A stretch of DNA of 63,653 bases, filler included, from Octopus bimaculoides (taxonomy: Eukaryota), in NCBI RefSeq assembly GCF_001194135.2. It is 7 parts of 7 records of this genome, joined end to end, with 100 filler letters (N's around TTAATTAATTAA, not from the genome) between each part and the next. Parts side by side here need not be neighbours in the genome. Positions count along the whole stretch, not along the records: positions 1 to 29,378 come from NC_068982.1; positions 29,479 to 42,003 come from NC_069008.1; 5 more parts are not named here. The stretch is one strand, 5' to 3'. Below, piece by piece: positions 25,833-37,400 of the stretch (position 1 is its first letter; every line of letters starts with the position of its first letter). The translations under genes were made by a program, and so were the position numbers. The notes beneath the pieces are model-generated. The model had not been told where the DNA came from. It ran no database searches and worked only from the letters and a program-made list of their open reading frames with translations.

Positions 25833-27606
25833 ATGCAGATAAATAATCCAGCTGAATTCTTTGATATTGCAGCTCTAAAAAAGGAGGCGCCAACCATCAA
25901 TTATATCAACATTGAGGAAACAAATGCAACAGTAGCCATAGATGAAATGAGCTCATGCTCCTTCAATGGTCCTGATGGCTTCCCAGCTATTCTCCTAAAG
26001 TCATGTAAGCAGGCTTTAGTGAAACCACTTCAGATACTTTTCCAAAGTTTCCTTGCAAGTGGTATACTTCCTAAAAAGCTGAAAGAAGGCATTATATGCC
26101 CTATCCAAAAAGGTGGAAGCAGAGCAGAGGCCAAAAACTACAGGCCAATCTGTCTGACTTCACTTATCAGTAAAGTCATGGAATGAATCATCAGAAAGAA
26201 GTTAATAATGTTCCTAGAAGAAAATGACTGACTGAACAATACTCAGCATAGCTTCTGTCCAGGAGAGGCTACTTCACACAGCTCCTACAGTACTATGACT
26301 GGGTTTTGAAACAGCTGCTGGACCATTCAGACGTCAGTGTGTGATATACCTTGACTTCGCAAAGGCATTTGATAAGGTAGATCATGGCATGATATGTCAT
26401 AAGCTACAAGACCATGGCGTTGCTGGTGAACTGGGAGAGTGACTGCATGACTTCCTTAAAAACAGAAGTCAGGTAGTTGCAGCCAATGGTACCCTTTCTG
26501 AGGATACTCAAATCCTAAGTGGTGTCTCTCTGGGAACTGCTCTGGGGCCATTACTGTTCATAATAGCCCTCTTAGACATGCCCACAGTCACTTGGACAGC
26601 CACTGTCATTAGCTATACTGATAATACAAAATTATCACAGGCAATGAAAAACCAAGATGATGTCACAAGCTAACAGCAGGACCTAAATTCAAAATACAAG
26701 TGGGCTGAAATAAACAACATGCAGTTTAATGCTGGAAAATTTCAAGCTCTGCACTATCAACTCACAAATACAGTACAATCTACATTTACAGGACCCGAAG
26801 GCACTACAATCCCAGAGTCACAGGCAGTGAAAGACTTGGGGATCAGTGTGTGTAATGACACATCATTTCATATGCACATTAGCAAGATGGCAGCAAAATG
26901 CAGACAACTGGCAGGATGGATACTGAGTTCCTTCAAGACAAGAGACCAAGAAAGTATGTTGACCCTGTGGAGAACCTTTGTTCTCAGCTGCCTGGACTGC
27001 TGTTCCCAGTTATGCTCACCACATAATGCCAAACTAACAGCAGAGCTTGAAGCAGTCCAACGCCACTACACTAAAAAGATTGAGACAGTGCAGTGGATGG
27101 GCTACAGGGATGGGCTGAAAAAACTATAGCTTTACTCCCTGGAGTGAAGGCATGAGAGATATATATGCAATAATGTATATATGGAAAATCCTAGAAGGAT
27201 TAGCACCTAACTTTGGCATTCGGTGTTATACAAAGGCCAGAACTGGCCGCTATTGTATTGTACCAAAGGTACCATCCACTCCATCTAAATTCAGGACCAA
27301 GTACTGCAATAGTCTAGGGTTCAAAGGCCCACAGCTCTTCAATGCCCTGCCACAAAAATTAAGAAATTTGCATAACATGGAACTAGACATCCTCCTCTCC
27401 ACAATACCAGATGAACCAAGAGCCTGATATGACGTACAGACAAGGGCAGTGGAATCAAATCTCCTTATACATCAAATGTACCAACAGCTGGGACAAAGGC
27501 ACATACAGGAGTGGTGATGTGAAACATCCAAACTGAGGAATTCAGAAAGACTATGGTGATGCTCCAGCATGACTACGGCCACATGGTTGAAATGAGTAAA
27601 AAAGTA
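25833..27606 (+). mobile_element. 5'-truncated CR1/L2-group (Jockey superfamily) LINE: RT domain, C-terminus and probable 3' UTR, disrupted
   Basis: GPDGFP, NYRPICLTSLISKVME, YLDFAKAFDKVDHG, LGPLLF, SYTDNTK (decayed YADD), MQFNAGKFQ, KGPQLFNALP and IPDEP. Several stops and frameshifts. Confidence 0.88.
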
Positions 27607-27890
27607 TATATATACACACACACACACATACATATATAATTAAATCATTAAAGTCTGGTCATAGAGTGACCAATGGTTTTGCATCCATGAAAGCCACAGC
27701 GCTGTGGACAATTCATTAGACTTTATAGAAAGACAAATCTAGCTCTTCACCTCATGGTGGCAGAGAAACACAATGGTCAATTGGTCAAACATTTATCAAA
27801 TAAAAAACCGTTAGTGATTTAATGCTTTACTGATCTATTGTTTAGATTGAGCTTCTTATTCAGATATGTGACATATTCATTATATATTAT

Positions 27891-28024
27891 TATTATTCTT
27901 AAACAAGAATGCTGTTGACAGTGACTTCAAAGTTTTGCCACCCAACCCATCAGTGGACTGCAGTCTAACAATAGCTTAGTGACTTCGAAGTCACTATCAA
28001 CAACTTTCTTGTTTAAGAATAATA
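27891..28024. repeat. 134-bp fold-back element (43-bp arms, 39/43 match) with nested palindromes
   Basis: Arms at 27891-27933 and 27982-28024. Perfect 20-bp palindrome at 27977-27996 and 10-bp palindrome at 27956-27965. Confidence 0.85.
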
Positions 28025-28119
28025 AATTTGTACTCTACAAAAGTATAGAGTAACCCATCAGATTCATGTAAAATTGCTTTTATTATAACTGAACATAAAA
28101 AGAATCATTAATATGTATA

Positions 28120-28152
<33 letters not shown>

Positions 28153-28214
28153 ACACACACATATTAATGTTTATTTTTATGTTCAGTTATAATTGAACAT
28201 AAAAACAAACATTA

Positions 28215-28284
<70 letters not shown>

Positions 28285-29109
28285 ATGTATATAAACATCC
28301 CCCCCACACATAATTATGTGGGTCCTGAAGCTGATTGGGGAATATATCAGAAACTAATGGTTAATAGCCTGAAAATTACCCCAGTTATGTCTCATTTCAG
28401 GAATGCAGACACATAAAAACTCTGTTTATTCTGTTTTGCTGTTGGCTACAAAAACCAAATAAAAGTTTTCTTTTTCTGATATTAATATAATTCTTGCATT
28501 GAAATAAGGATTCCTTTTACAGACACAAGATCTTCCTTTGTACATGTTTCATCCATGCCACCCAACTTAGAATAGTGAGGTACCATGATAATTGTCTAAA
28601 ACATAAATTAAAATTCCAACAAAGTCTGTTTTAAGATAATCATGATCCTTTGATAAATGATAGATAACTTCTTATCAGATTAATTTGCTCATAATATTTT
28701 TATTCAACTTCAAACCATTTTGCTGTATCATCACTACAAGAATGGTTTTTGAAAGTTTAGAATTTCTCAGTAACATAACCAACACTGCCATTCCCAAAAA
28801 AGAAATCCAGTAACTCAATGCATAGTTCACTGCATCTCTATTTCTGACATCCCATTGTTACCATTTTTATCTTCCCTCCAGCTACTCCCACCCAGCCTTA
28901 TATAATGTGGAGTAGCAAGACACCTGAGTTTGTCCCTTTATCACAGTGCTCTGCAACCGGTAAGCTGCATCACACTGGTGTGCCATGAGATGATGTGTAA
29001 CCTGAATATACACATCATGTGCCACAGTGTAACCTGAATATAATTTTTCCTTATACTTTTAGTCATATTTTTAGTTCGGGTGTGCCATCAAATTTTGAAA
29101 AGAATATAA

Positions 29110-29147
<38 letters not shown>

Positions 29148-29378
29148 ATGATGATGATGATCTTTCTCCCGCCATGCCTCTGTCTACCCCTCCATCCCTC
29201 TCTAAATCAGTCCCTCTCTCTCTCTCTCTCGTAGTTTTTTCCTTAAGGTTTTCAGGTTCTGGGTATATATAAATAAGAAATCCATTCTAAATTATCTCAA
29301 TCTCTTCTCCGCTGACATACTACGACGAAGTCGCCAAGATGCAGATAAGATAGAGATTTTTATTTATTTACGGCCTCA

Positions 29379-29478
29379 NNNNNNNNNNNNNNNNNNNNNN
29401 NNNNNNNNNNNNNNNNNNNNNNTTAATTAATTAANNNNNNNNNNNNNNNNNNNNNNNNNNNNNNNNNNNNNNNNNNNN
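29379..29478. other. Artificial contig-joining spacer N44-TTAATTAATTAA-N44
   Basis: Exactly 100 nt, the 12-mer gives stop codons in all six frames, and it recurs identically six times in the window. Confidence 0.95.
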
Positions 29479-29796
29479 ATATATATATAGGTAAAGTAAA
29501 TGTTAGAGGCAATACTTGACAATTGTAAGCACCTGTGTATGCCCGCTCGTGGTTGAGGTGAAAGAATAAATTGTAAATGCAAAAAATAAAAACAAAAACA
29601 CAAAGGATTCTGCGATACACGTGTTTCAAGCTTTATATCAGTGTATAATTGACAATACAAAGCTATCTTCAGCCGCAAAAGTATTTCTCTCATACACTGA
29701 AAAGAAAGAAGTATGGCAGTATTACAAAAGATTACTAAATGTGTAGAATGTATGAGAGAAAGAGGGCATTTCCAGTGTGGATGCAACAGGGGTTAA

Positions 29797-30007
29797 CCCT
29801 TTAGTGTTTGCATTATTCTGCCAAAATTAATGCTTTTTCATCGACATTGTTTTGGTCTAATCCTGCATTATCTTGTAGCTATGAGATTTTGATGAGGTAG
29901 CTGTTAATTTTTAAAACGATATTGTAGGGTTGGTGTGAGAGACCAGATTTAGCCAGTTTGAACATAGAATAGGCAGAATACTTTTGGCCGGTTTAAATGC
30001 TAAAGGG
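29797..30007. mobile_element. piggyBac-type MITE
   Basis: TTAA|CCCTTTAG ... CTAAAGGG|TTAA: TTAA TSD with CCC/GGG termini. Confidence 0.8.
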
Positions 30008-30546
30008 TTAAGGTATCTTAGTGGGGCAGCAGTGAAATTGATGAAACAATTAAGGATACGAAAACAAGGAAATCCCTTAATCTATGAAGAATGACTGCTG
30101 AGTTGCTTGAAATATCTGGTGGATTAGGATACAGCCTAGTTACCTGTAGAGTTAATCAGGTTGCGGAGGAAAGTGTCATGACTCAACATTTGGGAGAGCA
30201 GCATTATAGTTAATTGTTACAAGGGTAACATTGTTGGATCACCCATACTGGTGACATGTAAAAGGCACCCTTGTCAGTGACACACAAAGGGTACCCTTAC
30301 TGGTGACACATGAAAGACACCCAGTACACTGTAAAGTGGTTGGTGTTTGGAAGGGCATCCAGCTGTAGATATCAGGTCAAAACAGACAATGGAATTTGGT
30401 GCAGCCCTTTGCTTTGCCAGTTCCTGTCATGCCAGCAGGAAAAACAGGCATTAAATGATGATGATGACAATGATCTACAGTTTATTTGTAAGATGTAATA
30501 TAGTTGGCTCTCCACTATTTCAATATTTTCTATGTCTTATACTGTC

Positions 30547-30568
30547 TTTTTCTCTTTTCTTATTTCAG
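30547..30568 (+). promoter_or_regulatory. Probable 3' splice acceptor of the ZNF terminal exon
   Basis: Polypyrimidine tract tttttctcttttcttatttcAG, 377 nt upstream of the ZNF ATG. Confidence 0.55.
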
Positions 30569-30945
30569 ATTATCAAATGACGTTTGTGATTGATTAATGG
30601 ATAGTTTCATCAGATACATTATGTCATCAATGTTTATCATCTTTTGAAGACAAAAACAAAATGTTTTACAAAATTAATACAGTCCTGTCTGTATAATTAT
30701 CTGCTGAATTACAGCGAAATATTTCTTCTGAGTGGTGATTAATTAGCAACATATTTTTCTCGGAATATTTAAATGGTAAACTAAACTTGGACAAATTTAA
30801 AAAAGGAGTTTTCAACCCCTTCAAATATCTATGAATATCAGACTTGATGGAAATATAATAACAGAAGTATCTGTTATTAATAATATATATATATCTGAGA
30901 AGGGAAAAATGAACATACGTACATTTTAGTGAGAGAAGAAAAATT

Positions 30946-31878
30946 ATGGAAAATACATTATGTGAGAAGAAAGACGACTTTAAAACACTGTCTACAACTA
31001 TTGGTTTTCCTGATGATATAAAGAAAGAGAAAAAGAAAACACCTTATTGGTGTGACACCTGTGGTAAATTGTTTGCTGATAAATGGCTTCTCACTAATCA
31101 CAAACGGGTTCATACAGGAGACAAACCATATCACTGTGATATCTGTGGTAAATCATTCTCTCAAAAGAGTAATTTAACTATTCACGTACGCATTCATACA
31201 GGAGAGGAACCATATCAGTGTGATATATGCGACAAATCTTTCTCTGAGAAAGGGGGCCTCACTATTCACAAACGCATTCACACGGGAGAGAAACCACATC
31301 ACTGTGATATCTGTGGTAAGTCGTTCTCTCAAAGGAGTAATTTAACTGTTCATATGCGCATTCATACTGGAGAGAAGCCATTCCACTGTGATATTTGTGG
31401 TAAACCTTTTTCTGGAAGTGGTGACTTGACTAAACATAAACGCACTCATACAGGAGAGAAACCATATCGTTGTGATATCTGTGATAAATCTTTTTCTGGA
31501 AGCACTGACTTAACAAAACACAAACGCATTCATACAGGAGAGAAGCCGTATCACTGTGATGTCTGTTGTAAGTCCTTCTGTCAACTTAGTGAATTATCTA
31601 GTCACAAACGTATTCATACAGGAGAGAAACCATATCACTGTGATATTTGTGGTAAATCTTTCTCTCACTCAAAAACCTTAACTACTCACAAATATATTCA
31701 TACTGGAGAGAGACCCTATCACTGTAAAATCTGTGGTAAATCATTCTGTCAGTCAGGTCAGTTCGCTATGCACAAACGTATTCATACAGGAGAGAGACCA
31801 TTTCATTGTGGCATCTGTGCTAAATCCTTCACTGAAGAAGTTCACTTAACTACACACGCATGTGTTAGTACAGAGTAA
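30946..31878 (+). CDS. Tandem C2H2 zinc-finger protein, 310 aa: 9 canonical fingers plus 1 degenerate terminal finger, no effector domain
   Basis: Uninterrupted ORF with CxxC-x12-HxxxH repeats and TGEKP-type linkers. In-frame upstream stop at 30910 and strong start context (attATGg). Fits the known cephalopod C2H2-ZNF expansion. Confidence 0.93.
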   Translation: MENTLCEKKDDFKTLSTTIGFPDDIKKEKKKTPYWCDTCGKLFADKWLLTNHKRVHTGDKPYHCDICGKSFSQKSNLTIHVRIHTGEEPYQCDICDKSFSEKGGLTIHKRIHTGEKPHHCDICGKSFSQRSNLTVHMRIHTGEKPFHCDICGKPFSGSGDLTKHKRTHTGEKPYRCDICDKSFSGSTDLTKHKRIHTGEKPYHCDVCCKSFCQLSELSSHKRIHTGEKPYHCDICGKSFSHSKTLTTHKYIHTGERPYHCKICGKSFCQSGQFAMHKRIHTGERPFHCGICAKSFTEEVHLTTHACVSTE

Positions 31879-31901
31879 TGACTATGTCATTGTCAAAATT
31901 C

Positions 31902-32300
31902 ATCATCATCGTTTACTGTCTGCCTTCCATGCTGGCATGGGTTGGACGGTTTGACAGGAGCTGACCAGGCAGAAGACTGCACCAAACTTCTGTGTCTATT
32001 TTGGCAGGGTTTTTACAGCTGGATACCCTTTCTAACACCAACCATCCAACAGAGTAGACTGAATGCTTTTACATGGTATAAGCATAGACAAGGTCAGTTT
32101 TGGTATGGTTTTTACAGCTGGATGCCAACCACCTTACAGTGTGGACTGGATGCTTTTTGTGTGGCACCAACACTGACAGGGTCACCAAGTAACTTGCAAG
32201 ACAAAGATCCTTTGGGAGAGTGGGGTGTTGATCTTGTCAGATGATGAGGGTTAGAGCGTGGCAGAGAGGCAGAAACAGGTGTCTTTGTGTAGAGGACAGA
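31902..32300 (-). mobile_element. RTE 3' UTR fragment, antisense, just after the ZNF stop codon
   Basis: catcatcatcgtttactgtctgccttccatgctggcatgggttggacggtttgac is the family tail. Confidence 0.75.
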
Positions 32301-32702
32301 AACAGGTGTGCTGCTGTAAAGGAGGTACATGGCTATCCAGCCTGAGGGAAAAGAAAGCAGGAGAGTCTAAGTTGTCATAAATGTTGCGTGGCAAATGTAC
32401 TGTTTAACCCGTTTGATGCCAACCCCACTGAGACCACCCCTCATTCTATGATACAAACTTCTTAGTTGAAGGGGTCTTATTCTTGCCAGATGCACAGTGA
32501 CTTTACTGGTGCTGATGTCATGAATAAAGCACCCAGCTGAAGAAACAAAACCAAAGCAGACATTGGCGTTCAAAGCAGTCACTGGACCTGTTGGATCCTG
32601 TCAAATTGCCCAACCATAACCACTATTTTATCTACATTGGTGAGATTACTGTAATATTTCTAATAAAATTATTATTTGAATATAATTCTTCTTTTCTTTT
32701 AT

Positions 32703-33070
32703 TCTTTTACTTGTTTCAGTCATTTGACTGCGGCCATGCTGGAGCACCGCCTTTAGTCAAGCAAATCGACCCCAGAGCTTATTCTTTGTAAGCCTAGTAC
32801 TTATTCTATTGGTCACTTTTGCCGAACCACTAAGTTATGGGTACATAAACACACCAGCATCGGTTGTCAAGCAATGTTGAGGGGACAAGCACACACACAA
32901 ACATATATGATGGGCTTCTTCCAGTTTCCACCTACCAAATCCACTCACAAGGCTTTGGTCGGCTCGAGGTTATAGTAGAAGACACTTGCCCAAGGTGCCA
33001 TGCAGTGGGACTGAACCCAGGACCATGTGGTTGGTAAGCAAGCTACTTACCACACAGCCACTCCTGCGCC
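32703..33070 (-). mobile_element. SINE family B, near full length
   Basis: Co-linear with other family B copies. Confidence 0.9.
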
Positions 33071-33480
33071 TATTTCGTGTAAAATATTTTCTGAAGAGAG
33101 AAGAGATGCTATTGATATCATTGGCATCGTGACTACAGGGTGTCCACAAAGTCTGGGTACATGGGAATTAACACATACTTTAAGAAATCATTATTTCTTA
33201 TATCTAATTCTTTATGTTATGATTTTATTTACTCCATGTACCCACATGGGGATTAACACATACTTTAAGAAATCATTATTTCTTATATCTAATTCTTTAT
33301 GTTATGATTTTATTTACTCCATGTACCNNNNNNNNNNNNNNNNNNNNNNNNNNNNNNNNNNNNNNNNNNNNNNNNNNNNNNNNNNNNNNNNNNNNNNNNN
33401 NNNNNNNNNNNNNNNNNNNNNNNNNNNNNNNNNNNNNNNNNNNNNNNNNNNNNNNNNNNNNNNNNNNNNNNNNNNNACTA

Positions 33481-33607
33481 CAGGGTGTCCACAAAGTCTG
33501 GGTACATGGGAATTAACACATACTTTAAGAAATCATTATTTCTTATATCTAATTCTTTATGTTATGATTTTATTTACTCCATGTACCCAGACTTTGTGGA
33601 CACCCTG
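33481..33607. mobile_element. Tc1/mariner-type MITE, 127 bp, perfect 29-bp TIRs, TA TSD
   Basis: TA|CAGGGTGTCCACAAAGTCTGGGTACATGG ... CCATGTACCCAGACTTTGTGGACACCCTG|TA. A partial duplicate lies before the gap at 33136-33327. Confidence 0.9.
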
Positions 33608-33730
33608 TACAATGTAGGATAACATCACGGTACAGCTATTATGTTGAAAATGAACATTAAAAGAATATGTAAAATTGTATCATAATTTTACGTATGATAT
33701 CACATATAAGTGTGTGTGTGTATCTGCATA

Positions 33731-33858
33731 TGAGGGGTGCTGAAAAGTTCCAGGCTTTGAGTTATTGCAGCAGTCCTGTAAGAGAACTTAGAAGGTTGGG
33801 CCTCCAACCAGGCCTTTCACGATGCCCTTGAAGCCAGGAACTTTTCAGCCCCCCCTTA
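33731..33858. mobile_element. Mariner-type MITE, about 128 bp
   Basis: Imperfect TIRs tgaggggtgctgaaaagttccaggctt and (reverse complement) taagggggggctgaaaagttcctggctt, with TA flanks. Confidence 0.75.
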
Positions 33859-33959
33859 TATATATATAGATATATATATATAGACACAATATTGTGATTG
33901 ACCGTTGACCGAACACTATTCAATTTTTTTTCTCCGTGTTTTTCTCCTTGTCTCCGTAT

Positions 33960-33996
33960 TCTTACTGTTGAAGAGCATAGCTCGAAACGTCAAAGA
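33960..33996 (+). ncRNA. Degenerate minimal type I hammerhead ribozyme, probably in a Penelope-like terminal repeat remnant
   Basis: CTG(T)TGA-A-GAGC-ata-GCTC-GAAA-CG-TC with stem I tctt/aaga. The core A6 position reads T. Confidence 0.55.
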
Positions 33997-34497
33997 CTTT
34001 CCGTATTCCCGAGCGTCATACTAATATATACTTTTGTTATTTACACCACCTGTCCTCGTCTGTTGTTATTATTTGTATATTCTCCNNNNNNNNNNNNNNN
34101 NNNNNNNNNNNNNNNNNNNNNNNNNNNNNNNNNNNNNNNNNNNNNNNNNNNNNNNNNNNNNNNNNNNNNNNNNNNNNNNNNNNNNNNNNNNNNNNNNNNN
34201 NNNNNNNNNNNNNNNNNNNNNNNNNNNNNNNNNNNTATATATATATATATTTATTTATATTTATATAAGGGCATTACTATACAATAACGCATCACGCCAT
34301 GAAGGACTCTAGGGTCAGACTACTATAAAAAGCACATTTTTACCGAATGCGAGGAAATGCAACTCTCAAAGCCAACCCCTCAAAAACGAACTAAATTATA
34401 GATCATGATTTCGTAGTTATTGTAGTATTATACAACTTCTACTCGTCAGTATAATATGGTCCAGAAAAATAGAAATAAACAGTGAATCAACATACCA

Positions 34498-37400
34498 AAC
34501 GTAGGAACGAACGGAGGAACGAACGAAGGAACGGAGGAACGAACGAACGAATGTACGAACGAACGGAGGAACGAAAGAAAGAACGTAGGAACGAACGATC
34601 GAACGTAGTAACGAAAGAAGGAAAGGAGGAACGAAAGAACGAACGAACGAACGAACGTAGGAACGAAAGATCGAACGTAGGAACGAAAGAACGAACGTAG
34701 GAACGAACGAACGAAGGTAGGAACGAACGATCGGACGTAGGAACGAACGAACGTAGGAACGAACGAACGAACGATCGAACATAGGAACGAACGATCGAAC
34801 GTAGAAACGAACGAACGAACGTAGGAACGAACGAACGTAGAAAGGAAAGAACGTAGGAACAAACGAACGAACGCTGGAACGAACGAACGAAAGTACGAAC
34901 GAACGAACGAACGTAGAAACGAACGAATGAACGTAGGAACGAGCGAACGAAGGTAGGAACGAACGAACGAACGAACGTAGGAACGAACGATCGAATGTAG
35001 GAACAAACGAACGAAAGTAGGAACGAACGAACGAACGTAGAAAGGAAAGAATGAACGTAGGAAGGAAAGAACGAACGTAGGAACGATCGAACGAACGTAG
35101 GAAGGAAAGAACGAACGTAGGAAAGATCGAACGAACGTAGGAAGGAAACAACGAACGTAGGAAGGAAAGAACGAACGTAGGAACGAACGAACAAACGTAG
35201 GAATGAACGAACGAACGTAGGAAGGAAAGAACGAACGTAGGAAGGAAAGAACGAACGTAGGAAGGAAAGAACGAACGTAGGAACGAACGAACGAATGTAG
35301 GAATGAAAGAACAACGTAGGAAGGAACGTAGGTACGAACGAACGAACGTAGGAAGGAAAGAACGAACGTAGGAAGGAACGTAGAAACGAACGAACGTAGG
35401 AAGGAAAGAACGAACGTAGGAAGGAACGTAGAAACGAACGAACGAACGTAGGAAGGAAAGAACGAACGTAGGAAGGAAAGAACAACGTAGGAAGGAACGT
35501 AGGAACGAACGTAGGAAGGATAGAACGAACGTACGAAGGATAGAACGAACGTATGAAGGAAAGAACGAATGTAGGAAGGAAAGAACGAACGTATGAAGGA
35601 AAGAACGAACGTAGGAAGGAAAGAGGGAACGTAGGAAAGATCGAACGAACGTAGGAAGGAACGTAGGAACGAACGAACGAACGTAGGAAGGAAAGAACGA
35701 ATGTAGGAAGGAAAGAACGAACGTAGAAACGAACGAACGAACGTAGGAAGGAAAGAACGGACGTAGGAAGGAACGAACGAACGTAGGAAGGAAAGAACGA
35801 ACGTAGGAAGGAACGTAGAAACGAACGAACGAACGTAGGAAGGAAAGAACGAACGTAGGAAGGAAAGAACGAACGTAGGAACGAATGAATGAACGTAGGA
35901 AGGAAAGAACGAACGTAGGAAGGAAAGAACAACGTAGGAAGGAACGTAGGAACGAACATAGGAAGGAAAGAACGAACGTAGGATTGAACAAACGAACGTA
36001 GGAAGGATAGAACGAACGTATGAAGGAAAGAACGAACGTAGGAAGGAAAGAACGAACGTAGGAAGGAAACAACGAACATAGGAACGAACGAATGAACGTA
36101 GGAAGGAAAGAACGAACGTAGGAAGGAAAGAACGAACGTAGGATGGAAAGAACGAACGTAGGAACGAACAAATGAACGTAGGAAGGAATGAACGAACGTA
36201 GGAAGGAAAGAATGAACGTAGGAAGGAACCTAGGAACAAACGAACGAACGTAGGAAGGAAAGAACGAACGTAGGAAGGAAAGAACGAACGTAGTAACGAA
36301 CGAATGAACGTAGGAAGGAAAGAACGAACGTAGGAAGGAAAGAACGATCGTAGGAACGAACGAATGAACGTAGGAAGGAAAGTACGAATGTAGGAAGGAA
36401 AGAACGAACGTAGGAAGGAAAGACCGAAAATAGGAAAGAAAGAACGAACGTAGGAACGACCGAATGAACGTAGGAAGGAAAGAACGAACGTAGGAAGGTA
36501 AGAACGAACGTAGGAACGAACGAATGAACGTAGGAAGAAAAGAACGAACGTAAGACGGAAAGAACGAACGTAGGAAGGAAAGAACGAACGAACGTAGGAA
36601 GGAAAGAACGAACGTAGGAAGGAAAGAAAAAACGTATAAAGGAAAGAACGAAAGTAGGAAGGAAAGAACGAACGTAGGAAGGAAAGAACGAACGTAGGAA
36701 GGAAAGAACGAACGTAGGAACGAACGAATGAACGTAGGAAGGAAAGAACGAACGTAGGAAGGAAAGAAAAACGTANNNNNNNNNNNNNNNNNNNNNNNNN
36801 NNNNNNNNNNNNNNNNNNNNNNNNNNNNNNNNNNNNNNNNNNNNNNNNNNNNNNNNNNNNNNNNNNNNNNNNNNNNNNNNNNNNNNNNNNNNNNNNNNNN
36901 NNNNNNNNNNNNNNNNNNNNNNNNNNNNNNNNNNNNNNNNNNNNNNNNNNNNNNNNNNNNNNNNNNNNNNNNNNNNNNNNNNNNNNNNNNNNNNNNNNNN
37001 NNNNNNNNNNNNNNNNNNNNNNNNNNNNNNNNNNNNNNNNNNNNNNNNNNNNNNNNNNNNNNNNNNNNNNNNNNNNNNNNNNNNNNNNNNNNNNNNNNNN
37101 NNNNNNNNNNNNNNNNNNNNNNNNNNNNNNNNNNNNNNNNNNNNNNNNNNNNNNNNNNNNNNNNNNNNNNNNNNNNNNNNNNNNNNNNNNNNNNNNNNNN
37201 NNNNNNNNNNNNNNNNNNNNNNNNNNNNNNNNNNNNNNNNNNNNNNNNNNNNNNNNNNNNNNNNNNNNNNNNNNNNNNNNNNNNNNNNNNNNNNNNNNNN
37301 NNNNNNNNNNNNNNNNNNNAAAGAACGAACGTAGGAGCGAACGAATGAACGTAGGAATCAAAGAACGAACGTAGGAAGGAAAGAACGAACGTAGGAAGGA

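Noticed and set aside
29200-29378. Possible promoter or first exon at the end of the first piece (CpG-containing, cgccaagatg)
   Set aside because: The sequence is cut by the spacer and no downstream exons were identified, so it cannot be supported.
29423-29434. TTAATTAATTAA as a biological motif (PacI-like or homeodomain site)
   Set aside because: It is always centred in exactly 44+44 N, so it is a synthetic linker.
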